Shown here: piece by piece, positions 24,271 to 37,704 of the stretch
How the letters are laid out: each line of letters opens with the position of its first letter
Numbering within the stretch: the first letter of the stretch is position 1
Assembly: GCF_036971445.1 (NCBI RefSeq)
Contig: NC_091476.1
Coordinates: forward strand, 7,812,001 to 7,876,000
Direction: 5' to 3'
Source: Narcine bancroftii
Taxonomy: Eukaryota
DNA length: 64,000 nt
Made by a program: the position numbers and the translations under genes
Notes under the pieces: model-generated
What the model saw: only the letters and a program-made list of their open reading frames with translations
Told to the model about the DNA's origin: nothing
Database searches by the model: none

Positions 24271-26012
24271 TCTGCAAAAAGTTGTCAAGATGAGGCCAGT
24301 AGCCTTGCCCTCCTTAACCACCCGAGTAAGAATGGGCAGTGTTGCATCTTCCTGACGAATGAGGACGTTGATCTCATTTCCTTTCCACTCTCTAAGAAAT
24401 ATCCAGGGGAGCAGTTGAAGTGTCAAACCATAGAAAGGTCTGGACCAAGAGATGGTAACTGAGATTAGTAAACATGGATACTTGATGGCAGCATGATCTT
24501 AGTGGGCCAGAAGACTTGTATCTGTGCTGGATGATGGTGTGACACGATGAAACTAATACCCATAGTTCCATTTCAAATGCTCAACATCGCGCAATTAATG
24601 GTGTTGAACAGCCTCTCTTAATCTTTTTTATTTAACCAGCCCATTAGGCACCTTGGGTTCTAAATTATTTACTCCACTGTTTTGAACACAGGTGTTAGGA
24701 AGAGGTGAAGAGTTTGTTTCATGAGTACTTTCAGGTCAAGATGAGCTTCCATGTTCTATCAGTTTGAGAAGAGAGAACAGTGAAACTGCATATATTTTCC
24801 CAGTTCATATTGATTAAAGCTTGAATTAAAATAATTTCCTTGTCTTCTAATTATCGTTCTTCTTTATGTGGAACAAATGTTCTTCTTTGTTGGGATGAGA
24901 GCGTAACCAATTTTGAACGTTTTTGTTATTGCCATACAGGTGTCATTTTGCAGATTGCTCCCCTTCTAGAGAAGTTGTGTATCACTGGTAAAAAGAATTA
25001 CAACAGCCCGCCTTTACGAAATAGCCAATAAACCAAATTCACAATAAGAATGTCTGCTGCATGTCCTTAACCAATTTTACCATGAATGAAAATGTACAAA
25101 CATACATTTAAAATAAGAGAAAGAACTGAAGATGAAAGAGTATTTTCATCTTGCAATAAAGTTTTGGAAATGTGGGTGAGAACTATTGAAAAGGCATGAC
25201 GCAAATGAAATATTCATATTTTTATAACTGCCGAGGTACAATAAAATCCACAAAATGCAGCTGTGGAATATGAACTTGTTTGATGTCCTTTCAGAGTGAG
25301 GTGATTGTGGTTTAACACTGTTCACACTAGCTGGGTGTTTGGAAGCTGAAATATATATTTAAAAATGTACTTGTAATAGAAGGGGATGTTTTTCTGACAT
25401 CAGACTTCCAAAAATTTTAGTGAAGTGATATTATTGTCTTGAAGTTGAGGACAAACGGATCCCTCCCCCCCTCCCTTCGGCTCATGGAGACCACGTAAGC
25501 ACACTGTGAATGAAGTTCCATTTGCAGTTTCACTGGAGCTTTTTAAGAGAATCTGTGACTGAAACTGCAGATGTGCACGATTCCCTGCTTAATTGACTGG
25601 TAACAGATGGTAACTATAGGGGTAATGTAGATGGCAGCAGATGGCAATGGTCATAAAATATTTCCCCTTACTCCTTTCATTTATTCACAGTTTTCACCAT
25701 CGTTTTGTCCATTTAACACAGACTCTCTTACTGTAATGTAATGGTTTTCAAACTGCCCCCATAAATGCACATTCCACCTTAAGCAATCCCTTTGCTCTGT
25801 GATTGGTAAGAAGTTGCTTAAGATGGAATGTGAGTTTAGAGGTGCAGGGGTTTGAAAACCACTGCTGTTAAGGATCCAAAACAAAATGATAGAGGAAAAA
25901 GTAATAAATTGTGCTTTACCTAGAATATTTTTAAGTTGTCTGAAATGTAAAGACAGATAATATAAGAGAAGTGAACAATTTTCCCAAAGACAGCAATAGG
26001 CAGGAAACAAAT

Positions 26013-26161
26013 NNNNNNNNNNNNNNNNNNNNNNNNNNNNNNNNNNNNNNNNNNNNNNNNNNNNNNNNNNNNNNNNNNNNNNNNNNNNNNNNNNNNNNNN
26101 NNNNNNNNNNNNNNNNNNNNNNNNNNNNNNNNNNNNNNNNNNNNNNNNNNNNNNNNNNNNN
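26013..26161. other. Assembly gap (149 N)
   Basis: Run of n. Confidence 1.
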
Positions 26162-27474
26162 AAATGCACACAAATGTACATAATGGAGTTAGACCTATAA
26201 ATGTTGATGCTGAGTCCTTGGATTATTGTTTGTCATTTTGTTCCTGCCATCTTTTCAAGATTACTAAGGAGCGAAGTTAACGACATGATTCCAACATCAC
26301 ATTTGATAGCAAGCCACTTTGTGTTGGCAGCACCACGAAAGGCACCTTCATCTGTGGAGACATGTTTACAAATGCTTTATTTTATAAGACTGTATCATCG
26401 CTAGGGGAAGAGGGCTCAGCCTCAGAAGAAAAGTGTTATGCGAACGTGCATGTCTGCGTGACATTGTGTTATGTTTTGCATCATGTTTCAGTGGGGGCCA
26501 TTTTGGAATTAACGAAATGACTGTGATCCGATTATGTTAAAGCTTTAATCAAGAGTAATACACGACAAAAAGAACATCCCTTTGGACAGAGTTGAGGAGA
26601 AATTTCTTTAGCCAGAAGAATTTATTGCCATAGACATCTATAGAAGGCAAGGCACTGGGTGTATTTAAAGTGGAGGTTGATAGGTTTTTGATTAAGGAAG
26701 GAGGCAGGGAATGGGGTTGAGAGGGAAAAATAAATTAGCCAGGATCAAATGGCAGAGTAGACTCTATGGGCTGAATTGGGTAATTCTGCTCCTATATTTC
26801 ATGATCTGCTGGTGACAGGAGCAATTCTCTGCTGATATTTCCAGTTCCTTCAATCATTTCTGACACACACTATAATTTATTTATGACTGTATTTATGATA
26901 GTAGAGTGATGTTGATGCCACTTCCTAGATTAGCAATAATCTAGTCCTTCCTTGAGCCAAGGCTCTTGGCTACTAAGAGTTCATGCAGTACAAAAGAATT
27001 TGCTCAATCCTCTACAGGAAGTCTCTGGGCTACATAAAGTATCTGTTTCTGACTCCGTTAGCCAGAAGCGTCTATTTTCTCTCCTGTTGTTCTACAGACA
27101 CTTGCTGTAATTCTTAAATTTCATTGAATAATCACCTAACACTACCTATAATTAAACTAATAGAATTTATACCATATCCAGTAATTAATGAATTTATGAA
27201 TGACTTAAAACATTATTATCATTAAAGCAAACTTCTCATGTACAATACTGGAGGTCAGGATTGAGTCACTAAGTGCCTGGAAGCAACATTTCTAACAAAC
27301 CTTGGCAGAAAATCTGAAGAATGAATGCTGCCACTCAACAATCTGTTTGGATGGTGATGGGAAGGGATCCTGAGCAGACGAAGCCCATGCTTTTCAACTT
27401 GAGCCCACTGAACAGGAAAAAAATGATATCATCATCATCTTATTTCTGGTGAGGGACATCAGTCATCTGTTATT

Positions 27475-27985
27475 AACATGTAGAGTTAATGAGCACAGAA
27501 ACAGGCCTGTGGCCTAACTTGGCAATGCTGATCAAGTTGTTTGCCTGAGCTGGTCCCGTCTGCCTTCATTTGACCCCTATCCCTCTCAACCTTTCCTATC
27601 CAAATACCTGTCTAAAATGTCTTTTCAACATTATAATTTCACCTGCCTCTACCACATCCTCTGGCAGCTGGTTTCATGTACTCACCACCCTCTGTGCCAA
27701 AAAGTTGTCCCTTAGGTCCTTTTTAAATCTTTTTCTTCACTCGTGCAACCGATGCCTTCTAGTTTTAGAATCTCCTTCCGTAATTACAAAGACTGAAAGG
27801 ATTTACCTTATTTATGCCATTCACAATTATTATAAATCTTGATGACATTACCTCTAAGCCTCCTACACTCCAGAGAAAAATGTCCCAGCCTATCTAGTCA
27901 CTCCTTATAACTCAAACCCTCCATTTTCCATAATAGCCCTGTGAGTCTCTTGTGCATCCTTTCTAACCTAATGGCATCCTTGCTG
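27475..27985 (-). mobile_element. CR1 3' fragment
   Basis: Reverse CR1 tail (gagcacagaaacaggcc, ctctaccacatcctctggcagc, ctccagagaaaaatgtcccagcctatc). Confidence 0.8.
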
Positions 27986-29274
27986 CCACTCTATTGGCCT
28001 ACCAAGGGTTCCATGATGGTCCTCCAACACAGGTCTCTCTTCCAAATAGCAGTCTAGACACAGCATATTTAAAATAAAAAGTACTGGTTCAGAAACCATT
28101 AAAACTAAACAGAGTTCATGTTTGATGACCTACATTCAGATATTCCTTGTGCTAATTCTGGATCTCCACAAACATTGCCTGATTTTTCTGGGTACTTGAG
28201 GCATTTTGTGTTTAATTGCAGGTTTTTGGCATCTGCAGTGGTTTGCTTTTGTATCCTCGTACTTCATGGTTGGACCCTAAAGCCTTCCAGCAGATGTCCC
28301 TCTCGCCTGTCGAAACCTGCAGATTAAGGGCTTGATTCACAGCAAGATCAGGAGTCAGGGGATCACTGTGCTGATTTTTCATGTGATTGAATTTGACTCA
28401 CGAGTCTTCTTTCGTGGTGGCTCGTTTGCTGAAAATAGTTGACAGCAAACAGGGTGACCAGATGTTACTGTGCAACAACCCGTACAGATCCAGCAAACAG
28501 AACGCATGAGTGGCTCAGACTTTTCTATCATCTACAACTTAAACAAGGCAACAAAAGTTGCTGAATGGCAAGACTTTCTATGATATAAATGCAGCATAAA
28601 GTTGTTAAAGCAGTCAGGCATAAGTGAGGATTGTTTTAAAATAAACAATCATTAATTTTTCAGGTGGCTTCAAGAGAATCAAAAACCACCCCTGTGAAAT
28701 TCTCCAGAACATCATTAATCCCGTATAAAGAACTGAGACAGACTTTCAGGTCTAACAAACATTCACACCCTGAATTGGCTGCTGATTACCTGCAAGAATT
28801 TGTCTTGTGGGCCAAGAATTCCAAAGGACGTGAGTTCTTAATCCTAAAGTACCAGGTGAATTAAATTTCTGGTGTTTTAATCTGGTAATGCGTTCATCAT
28901 GCTGGTTGCTATAAACAGGTTCACATGGTTTTAGAGCATTCATGTGAAAGATCTTCTTTATTGCCGTTGTTCTTAGTTACAACCCTTTGGGCATGTACAG
29001 GAGGTGAATGCTCGAGGTTTTCCCAAGCCTCATGAAGAATTTCCTTACAGGACAAAGTTTAGGCAACCAAAGTGAAAGCAGAACATTCTGGAAATGCTCA
29101 GTGGGCTTTTCTTTTCCTACAGATGCCACCTGACCTGCTGGGTATTTCCAGCATTTTCTGTTATTTTGGCTTTCTGGAATCTGGAGTCTTTGACCTGAAG
29201 AATTAGCTCTGCTTCTTTCAACACAAATGCTACCTGAACCTCTGATATTTTCTGTTTGATTTAAGTTTTGATTT

Positions 29275-29480
29275 TAATTTAGACACGCAGCACAGTCACA
29301 AGTCCTTCCGGCCCATGAGCCCCTGCTGCCCAATTACACCCAATTAACCTACGTAAGTTTTGAAGGAGGGGAGGAAACCCATGCAGACATGGGGAGAACA
29401 TGCAGACTCCTTACCAGGCAGCACAGGATTCGAACCCCAGTCACTGGTGCTGTAACAGTGTTGTACCAACTGTACTGCCA
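29275..29480 (-). mobile_element. HE1/V-SINE-like tRNA SINE
   Basis: Reverse of the 30032 copy; box-B-like gggttcgaatcc on the minus strand. Confidence 0.8.
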
Positions 29481-30031
29481 AATATTCGGCCAAATCTAAC
29501 TCTCTGGTATTTTCTTTGTTGGGTTGAACTAGAGTTTGGGGCAGGTACCAAAAAATGTTGTGCAGAAAAGGAAAGTATTTTTCATTAAGATTTTAAAGGT
29601 ACTAATGAAAAGCAGCACAAGCCCATTTTTATCATCTTATTTCAATAAAAACTGGCAATGAAGCGTTTGCTTTAAAGAGCATAATTTAGACAAAAGTATT
29701 TGTGTCAATATGAATGTCAGCGTCAGTATTCGTATCATTACTGGTCTGTGGAAGCACATTACACCTGTTCCCAAAAGAGAGCAGACTGTTTAAATTCATT
29801 GTAGATACTTCATATGCAACTTCCATGAGAATGAGTCAGTTCAAAATTGCCAGAGTTATTCAGTAAACAAAATTAGATTTCACATGCCACACTCGCCCAA
29901 ATTTACATGAATGTAATACATCTCTGCAGAAATTGTCAGTTTTAATTAGTCATAGAAAGGAATTCTGACTTTCTTAGACTAGAGGTATTGAAACAAAGAT
30001 AGTGAGGCTGGATGTATCTGATCACAATCAA

Positions 30032-30272
30032 TGGCACAGTTACCGTAATGCTGTTACAGCGCCAGCGATTGGGAACGGGGTTCAAATCCTGCGCTGTCTG
30101 TAAGGAGTTTATACGTTCTACCTGTGTCTTCATGGGTTTTCCCCGGGGCTCCAGTTTCCTCCTACCCTCTAAAACGTACCGAGGGTAGTAGGTCAATTGG
30201 ATGTAATTGGGTGGCATAGACTCATGGGCCAAAAAGGCCTGTTACTGTGCTATATGTCTAAATTTTAAAAAT
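30032..30272 (+). mobile_element. HE1/V-SINE-like tRNA SINE
   Basis: Box-A-like ggcacagttaccgtaatg, box B gggttcaaatcc, core ctgtaaggagttt...ctccagtttcctcc, and CR1-like tail gggccaaaaaggcctgttactgtgct. Confidence 0.85.
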
Positions 30273-30296
30273 TTAATCCAACAATACTTCATAGAT

Positions 30297-30533
30297 CAAC
30301 CATTCTCAGTGGGAGCCACAGCACTTTTAAGGAGGGGAGGTGCACAGTATGAAATCATAATTTATTCACATTTAGTTAAAAGCCTTGTTTTCTTTTAACC
30401 TCGTAACATAAATTTTTTTAATATTCTTTTTCATGAGGGAAGTAAGCTTGACTGCTGCACAGGAAAGAGGGCCCAAAAACTTGGAGAAGAACCCTAAGGG
30501 GGCCACAGCCTAAAATAAGGTTGAAAATGACTG
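30297..30533. mobile_element. hAT (Charlie-like) MITE
   Basis: Imperfect TIRs caaccattctca / tgaaaatgactg, subterminal gccacagc motifs, and TAGA/TTGA-centred flanks. Confidence 0.5.
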
Positions 30534-30779
30534 GTCTTGACCATGCCTGGTTATGACTTGGTCATTGTGTTTCAAGGGAAAGGAATGATTTCTGTTTACC
30601 CTTTCTAAGCATCTTATAATTTTAATCACCTTGAGAGATGGACAGGGATTGAGGGAAACAGATTGAGGAGACTGAAAGGGGGGGGTCTGAATGAGGGAGG
30701 GGATCAGAATGTAGGGGTGACTGAAGAAAACAATGGGGGCAGAATGTTGAGTTTATCCATGAATGTAGAGTTCAAGGAG

Positions 30780-31314
30780 GTGCCACCGACTGAAGTCTTG
30801 GGCAGACTGTGGGAGTGGCTTGGAAAATTGGACCCAGTTCCCACATCAAGGCATGGAACAATCACACCCTTTATCCCAAAGGAACTCCGGGACTGTGAGT
30901 TTGGGTTTGTGCGTAGAGGTGCACGCGGGCCACCCTTACAGAGGCCATATGAGGGCCCCTTCAGAGTGCTATGAAACTTGTGTTCTGCACAAAGCCCGCT
31001 CATCTTGACCTTGATCGGCCCTTGCCACAACCCCCGATGCAAAGGCATGGACGACCATCCAAGAGTGGTGGACAGTGATGGCACCAGAAGTTTAGCCTCC
31101 TATTGCCAGTTCTGGGGGGGAGGAGCCATGTAGCAGCTCACCGGAGGCTTAATCGAACTGGCTTGGGAGGTTCTGAGTGATGTCATTTGGAATGTGCGGG
31201 GTTTTAAAAACCTGCAGGTGACTGTTTGAGTAAAACTACTTTTACTGAACTTCGACTCGACTAGGTCTAGTCATTTTCTTGTTCTTCATTTCGCACTGCA
31301 ACACAATTGCTACA
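30780..31314 (+). mobile_element. Gypsy LTR retrotransposon 3' remnant: integrase tail, polypurine tract and 3' LTR (31129-31314)
   Basis: FIPKELRDCEFGFVRRGARGPPLQRPYEGPFRVL...KPAHLD; PPT ggggggggaggag; LTR bounded by the inverted repeat TGTAGCA...TGCTACA. Confidence 0.85.
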
Positions 31315-31999
31315 GCCTGCAAAATTGGTCCAAATATTTGATTACACGAGTATATATGGTAATTTATAGTATTTTGTTCAACATTTTTAAAGACTCACAT
31401 GGAGACATGTCCCTCTTGTTGAGAACTACTGGGTTAGAGAAATATTGATTCATAAGACAGTAAATGGACAGAAAGATCTGCCCATGTTTTCTTGTGATGA
31501 GTTCACAGACACCATCAGAAGAGGTGAGAGAGAAACTAGAGACACTTGGATTAATGTAAGTGGTAAATTCAATTTAACACTGCAGTTCAGCACTGCAATC
31601 TTATCCCAATGTTGCAAAAGGTGCTACATAAATGTGTTAGTGTTTTAAATCAAAGTTCTTATTTCCAGGTTGTAGCTGAAAATGTCATTCTGGATCAGAT
31701 TGCTAAGTTTCCTGGCCAAACAGTAGTGAAGCCCTTGAGGTTTCACCATCCCAATTTGCAGTGTTCCTTCTCCATGTTCACATCTCAGTGTACAAATCTA
31801 GATGATGTTAAACAGGATTTTCAATATTAGGTTGAGAAATTTACACAAAGGCACGTTTGTTTATTTACAGCAAGTACCCAAAAATACTGCTTTATTACAT
31901 TCCAAGAACCAATCAGAAAACAAACTTTTGTTTAAAGAAAGTCTTTTCCCAGATTTTTTGTGTGCTTTGTGGCAGAAACTGGGAAATGAACAGTCCCTT

Positions 32000-32320
32000 A
32001 GCTCTCCACCCCCCCCCCTTCCTTCTCTATTCACAGAGCCATCTCTCTGCCCCTTGCTTGCTGTTGTGCCCTCCGTCCCTTAACCACCTATTACATCCTG
32101 CCTTTGGAATCGTGCTCTGCCCCTACCCCTCCTTCTCTATCATTTTGTTCAGGTGCCTGTCAACATTTCTCCACATCTTGATGAAGGGCTCAAGCCCATA
32201 ACGTTGGTTATGTATCTTTATCTTTGCTATATAAAGTACTCTGTTTGACCTACTGAGTTTCTCCAGCATTGTCTTTATACTTCAACCATGGTGTCTGCAA
32301 ACTTTTGTGTTTTACTACTA
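32000..32320 (+). mobile_element. Penelope-like terminal remnant
   Basis: cttgatgaagggctcaagccc...gacctactgagtttctccagcatt; same family as 12405-12899. Confidence 0.75.
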
Positions 32321-32787
32321 ATCTTGGGTCTTACTGAAGTGAAAAATTCTTCCAAAGGACGTTGAGAGAGAAGATATCGTGGAGATATTTCCTTTCATGA
32401 CGGAATCTAGAACTAGAAGGTGTAGTTTCAGAATAAATTATTGCCCATTTAAAAATGAAATGAGGACCTATCACTTAGCTCAGTTGATGGAGAACCTTTA
32501 GAACTCTACTTCAGAGAACTGAATAATTCAAAAGGAGTGAGGAGGATTGTGAATACTGGAGGAGGTAAGGATTATGGGGAACATGCAGGAAAATGGTGCA
32601 GATGCCAAGATCAGATCAACCCAGATTATTTTTGAATGGCAGAGCAGACACCTGGGTCAATAGACCCTCCCCTTGTTCCTCTTTCCTATGTTTCAAAACT
32701 GATAGTATCTTAATGTTATGGATCCAAAACTATTTGTTGAAGTAGCTGTCTCCAGACAAACGAAACAACTGTTGTTAAATGGCTTCT

Positions 32788-33480
32788 ATTTCTTCTTTCT
32801 TCTTCTTTGGCTTGGCTTCGCGGACGAAGATTTATGGAGGGGGTAAAAAGTCCACGTCAGCTGCAGGCTCGTTTGTGGCTGACAAGTCTGATGCGGGACA
32901 GGCAGACACGATTGCAGCGGTTGCAAGGGAAAATTGGTTGGTTGGGGTTGGGTGTTGGGTTTTTCCTCCTTTGCCTTTTGTCAGTGAGGTAGGCTCTGCG
33001 GTCTTCTTCAAAGGAGGTTGCTGCCCATCAAACTGTGAGGCGCCAAGATGCACGGTTTGAGGCGTTATCAGCCCACTGGCGGTGGTCAATGTGGCAGGCA
33101 CCAAGAGATTTCTTTAGGCAGTCCTTGTACCTTTTCTTTGGTGCACCTCTGTCACGGTGGCCAGTGGAGAGCTCGCCATATAACACGATCTTGGGAAGGC
33201 GATGGTCCTCCATTCTGGAGACGTGACCCATCCAGCGCAGCTGGATCTTCAGCAGCGTGGACTCGATGCTGTCGACCTCTGCCATCTCGAGTACTTCGAC
33301 GTTAGGGATGTAAGCGCTCCAATGGATGTTGAGGATGGAGCGGAGACAACGCTGGTGGAAGCGTTCTAGGAGCCGTAGGTGGTGCCGGTAGAGGACCCAT
33401 GATTCGGAGCCGAACAGGAGTGTGGGTATGACAACGGCTCTGTATACGCTTATCTTTGTGAGGTTTTTCAGTTGGTTGTT
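32788..33480 (-). mobile_element. RTE-clade LINE (AviRTE-like), longest copy, nearly intact ORF2 C-terminus
   Basis: LKNLTKISVYRAVVIPTLLFGSESWVLYRHHLRLLERFHQRCLRSILNIHW...QLRWMGHVSRMEDHRLPKIVLYGELSTG...; one premature stop near 33030; (GAA)n-like tail. Confidence 0.95.
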
Positions 33481-33651
33481 AATGAAACACACTTACTTGG
33501 AGACAGATCCTCTCATACACAATGCCTCTTTGATACAGTGAAAACTTGCTTAGAGGTGAAATATCAGCAACATGGTCTACAGCATGAAATGACTGTGATG
33601 CTGCTGGGACAATTGTCCACCTCTTTGGAAGTAAGACCCTGAACAATATAA

Positions 33652-34187
33652 TGTAATCATGAATGTAAATTTAAGCGATGTGATAATGGTTTGACGTTTG
33701 TTGTTGGGTATTCCCCCCCACCACCATCCACTTTGTAAGTTTCTACCACCATGGAGTTTCTCCATGGAGGTGCAAGATAATACCCGATGAAAGGGGAACC
33801 TGGTTACAAGATTGGTTCACGTATTGATGCAATTTACAGATGTAACTTAATGTTGATTGGGTAATTGCATGTCACATGGGAGAAGACTGTTTTTTGATTG
33901 GTTAAGTAAGGGGTATACAAACTAATATAATTGTATGTTCGGGGAGCTCCTGGATCCCCCAGTGGGTCAATGAACCCCCACAGGCCTGTGTAATGAATAA
34001 AGGGAACTGGCTAAAAAAACCCGTCTGAGTCCTTCATTCCTCGGGAGAGTAAAATTCTGATTTGGATCCTCCTCATGGGCTGCGTGTTTTTCAAGATATA
34101 TTGTGCTTGATTGAACTCACCACGGTCAACTGCCTTATATAGGACTGTGCGATCCACAGACTGTTCCCGGGGATGCAGACTAACACA
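33652..34187 (+). mobile_element. Possible solo LTR
   Basis: TGTAA...ACA ends, two gattgg (CCAAT) boxes, AATAAA near 33996 followed by U5-like sequence; no convincing TSD. Confidence 0.4.
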
Positions 34188-34829
34188 AATATCAACTGCT
34201 GCTGGATGAATATCAACTCATGGCAAGGCACACTTGACGTCCTTTGGCTTATTCAAATCGTGCTGCTTTTCCAGTGCAGGGTGTTGTCCACATGTGACTT
34301 CTCCTGATTTGTAAATTCCAAGGCACACAAGTAGTTGCTGAGGGGGTACTAGAGCACAGATCACCCACTGCAAAAGCTCTATGGGGAAAAGTCCACAGGA
34401 GAATATCCTGTCCTGCAGCCTCAGGACATAGAGGGATTGAGTAACAGAAACTCGTACAATAAGCGGGTGCATTGTATAAGAAGGGAGCGTGACTGTTATT
34501 GATGCTTTGTAAGAGAATATATTAAATCAAGAATAAAATAAATGTAGAGAAAGCAACTTTGCTGGAAGTAAGAGATTCTGGTCAGAATATATTTCAAGAT
34601 CAGCCCAATCAAGTTGTCACTACTTTGCATGCTATCCATAATCACAAGGTTATTTATGCATGTCATCAGAGACAGAATTAAATATAGCCTCATCGGATGG
34701 TTTTAACTGCAGTTTGCAGCATGTCACAATAATGAACAGAAGAAGATGTGCCCTGTCAGGCTGTTTCATTGTGTGGTATGGCAACTACAAAGCCATGGCC
34801 TGGAGGTCAATACAGAGGATCATCTAAAT

Positions 34830-35300
34830 GGCCGAGAAGATCACTGGCGTATTCCCTCTATTGATGACATTTATCGGGAGTGTTGCTTAAATATGGCTCA
34901 ATCAATTACTGAGGACCCTTTCCATCTATCACACAATATCTTTGACCCATTACCATCAAGAAGAAGGTACAGGAGTATCAAAGTCAGGACTGCAAGGCTG
35001 GGAAATACCTTCTTCACGCAGGCAGTGAAATTGATGAACAGTATCCTGAAACCAAGTAAATCATTCCAAAATATCTATATCTATATGTGTGTATATATAT
35101 TTTTTTTAAATTATGTCTTTATGTATATATGTGATTAGTTTGTGTTTTGCATTTTCTGTGTTTGTTTGTGCACCATGGTCCAGGGAAATGTTGTTTCATC
35201 TGGTTGGTGCCCTCTCCCTCTCCCTCTCCCTCTCCCTCTCCCTCTCCCTCTCCCTCTCCCTCTCCCTCTCCCTCTCGTCAGGGGACAATAACTTGAACCC
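34830..35300 (+). mobile_element. Rex1/Babar-type LINE 3' end
   Basis: IPSIDDIYRECCLNMAQSITEDPFHLSHNIFDPLPSRRRYRSIKVRTARLGNTFFTQAVKLMN. Confidence 0.85.
35210..35276. repeat. (CCCTCT)11 microsatellite
   Basis: Perfect hexamer array inside the Rex1 3' UTR. Confidence 0.97.
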
Positions 35301-37704
35301 TCAAGTTTATTAATTCCTGGTTTCCCCTTTAGGGTGTAAACCACGATGACAGCTGTCAAACCTTTGGTGTCATGCAGATTGCCTGCCATCAGCTGAGTCT
35401 GGAACCAGTATCACCCTTGGTATATTCCATCAGTGCTCATTGACTTAGTCTGTATTCATGAAGTAATCCCTCTCCAAATGACAATGCATGTTGCTCATGA
35501 GCTACATGGAACAGATTCTTCACACGCTAACATTTGATAGCCTCTCTGACATTGTCGAGTGATGTAGTTGGCCCTGCTCAAAGGGAAATGAAGCTTGAAA
35601 TTGCCAACAAAGGAATCCTTCATGTGATCGACCTTACACTCTTGTTTACAAGTAACAACTTGTATTTCTTTTAGTTAGAATATTCTGAAGTGACAGGAAA
35701 GATTATTTTGTTCCCAGTATTGTTTAACCAAATTAGAAAATTGCATAATATTCGCAATCATTTTATTAAAAAAGAAAAAATGCAACTTAATTAATTCCAA
35801 ATTAATTTCTAGATGTTTTTCTGGGCAGAACTACTGGGGATAATTGACACATCTGACAGGTTATGAGTTTAAATTGTTATCTAAATATCAATCAACCAGA
35901 TTTTTTTTAATAAAAGACTTCAAATAGTTTAGTGGCATTTAATATAATTACAATTTTCTTTCTTTTCCAAGTTTTTCAAAGGATCTAATTTGGTTGCTAA
36001 AATAAGTCCTCCTTGAAAATTTGCTTAAGTAAACACAAATTATCAGAAAAATAACTAAATTATCAAGGAAATTTATATGATTGAATTTTCAGTTATTTGA
36101 AATTATCACAGCAGTTCCATGTATCAATGTTCAAATTAGATAAAATATTTGTGTACAGGGATAATTTGCTGAAATACACATTAATTTGCTTTGTTGTACA
36201 TTAAAATGTTATGCCTTCACTTAAAACCTTAAATAATCAGTTCACTGAAGAAAGTGAGTTTCACCACTAATTGGAAAATTAATGTAAACTGTAGCAGTTA
36301 TTTTTCAGCCAGCTTGGGAAGTTTCACAAGATGAGCACCAAGAATGCACAGTCAAAACCGAAGGATATTTTCATATCCTTCATCAGAAAAGTTTTAAAAA
36401 ACACAGCTAATCTTGCTCATTAATTTTAGGTTTTCCTGAGGCTTTGGTGAAATTGAATCTACAACGAATTTCACAATAGTATTTTTGTTGCGTATTCAGG
36501 TAGGCCATTAATGGATTCTGCTAAATGTTGAGGTCATGCTTTACAAAGATATCAAATTTAAGGGTAACACAAATTCCCTTTCTCCTGCCCCCTCCTCACC
36601 CCAAAATTTCTCCACGGTAACACAATGACGAGGATAAACACACAGGAAAGTAAAGCCCTTGGCAGCATTAAACAATAGGAAAAAGTTTTTTAAAAATCTT
36701 TGTAACTTTCAAGAAACATGACTCCCCTCTGAGGAAAAATAGTCAATTTAAAGGGTGCTTTAAAAGCCCTCCTGTTGAACATATACTGCAGATGGTTTGG
36801 ATGCTTGTGTCACACTCAGAACAGAGGAAGGGTTCACATGCAAGTTCAGTTATTTTATTCAGCAAAATTCTGTGGTTTAATCACTGTGGTTCAGCTAAAT
36901 ATTTTTCATGATTAATCCATCAAAAGTGAAAACTATAATGACGATGACATGAACTGAAATCTGGGAACAAGGAGTCATGTGCGTGGGTCTTTTGATTCCT
37001 ACGTTTGATTCCTTTGGCCAGGACTTCATGGTGCATTGCAAAAAAAAAAATCCTGATCACGTCATAAAGCTGAAGGCATTAAGTGAGTATCTTATTAACG
37101 TGATGTACAGCTCTCAGATTACTAAAGAGAGGATGCACAATTCGTTGCTAGCACCACTCCTTTCATCACCTAACATAATCCCTGCATTCAATTACTCTTC
37201 AAATTCTTCATCCAATTCTTATTCTTTTGCAAATCCACTGATGTTAGTTGCCATGACATCTGGTTTTTAGTACAAATTATACACTTAATACAGGAACAAA
37301 GGCTTTGGCCACAATAAATGCAAATTAGGCACCAAAGGGAAAGAACCCCAGTTTATGGAAAATGTAGTTTTCTTTCTCCTGTGCACAGGTAGAGACTTTA
37401 ATGGCTGTTCCACGTTGCTGTTCCTTTGCTAGTTCTAAATGGTGGACATATTGTTGTGGCTCAAGATTGGACAATTTTTGTTTATTGGCTTAACTCTCCT
37501 TTTGTGCCTCCATAGTCCTTCAGTTTCCCATCTAGTCAGAAAATAAGAACCAGGAGTATCAGAAAGCACTGTCTCCTTTTGAGCTTGTTCAACTACTGGA
37601 AAGTTTATAGCTGGTCTGAGGATGGCTTCAACACTTGCTTGGCTTTTCCCCATTACTCTAGTTTTCCCAGTTGTACGAAAACCTGTGTGACTCAGACTTG
37701 CAAA

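Noticed and set aside
25681-26183. ORFs spanning the N run
   Set aside because: Artefacts of the assembly gap.
30032-30100. tRNA gene (box A/B motifs)
   Set aside because: It is the tRNA-derived head of a SINE; there is no cloverleaf and it is followed by SINE core and tail.
35113-35389. SL-repeat and RG-repeat ORFs
   Set aside because: These are translations of the (CCCTCT)n microsatellite.
36429-36500. AG...CAG|gtaggc exon-like segment
   Set aside because: Stops in all three frames and no other support.
37435-37685. Minus-strand open segment after a cacag acceptor
   Set aside because: Weak pyrimidine tract, no recognisable protein and no partner exon.
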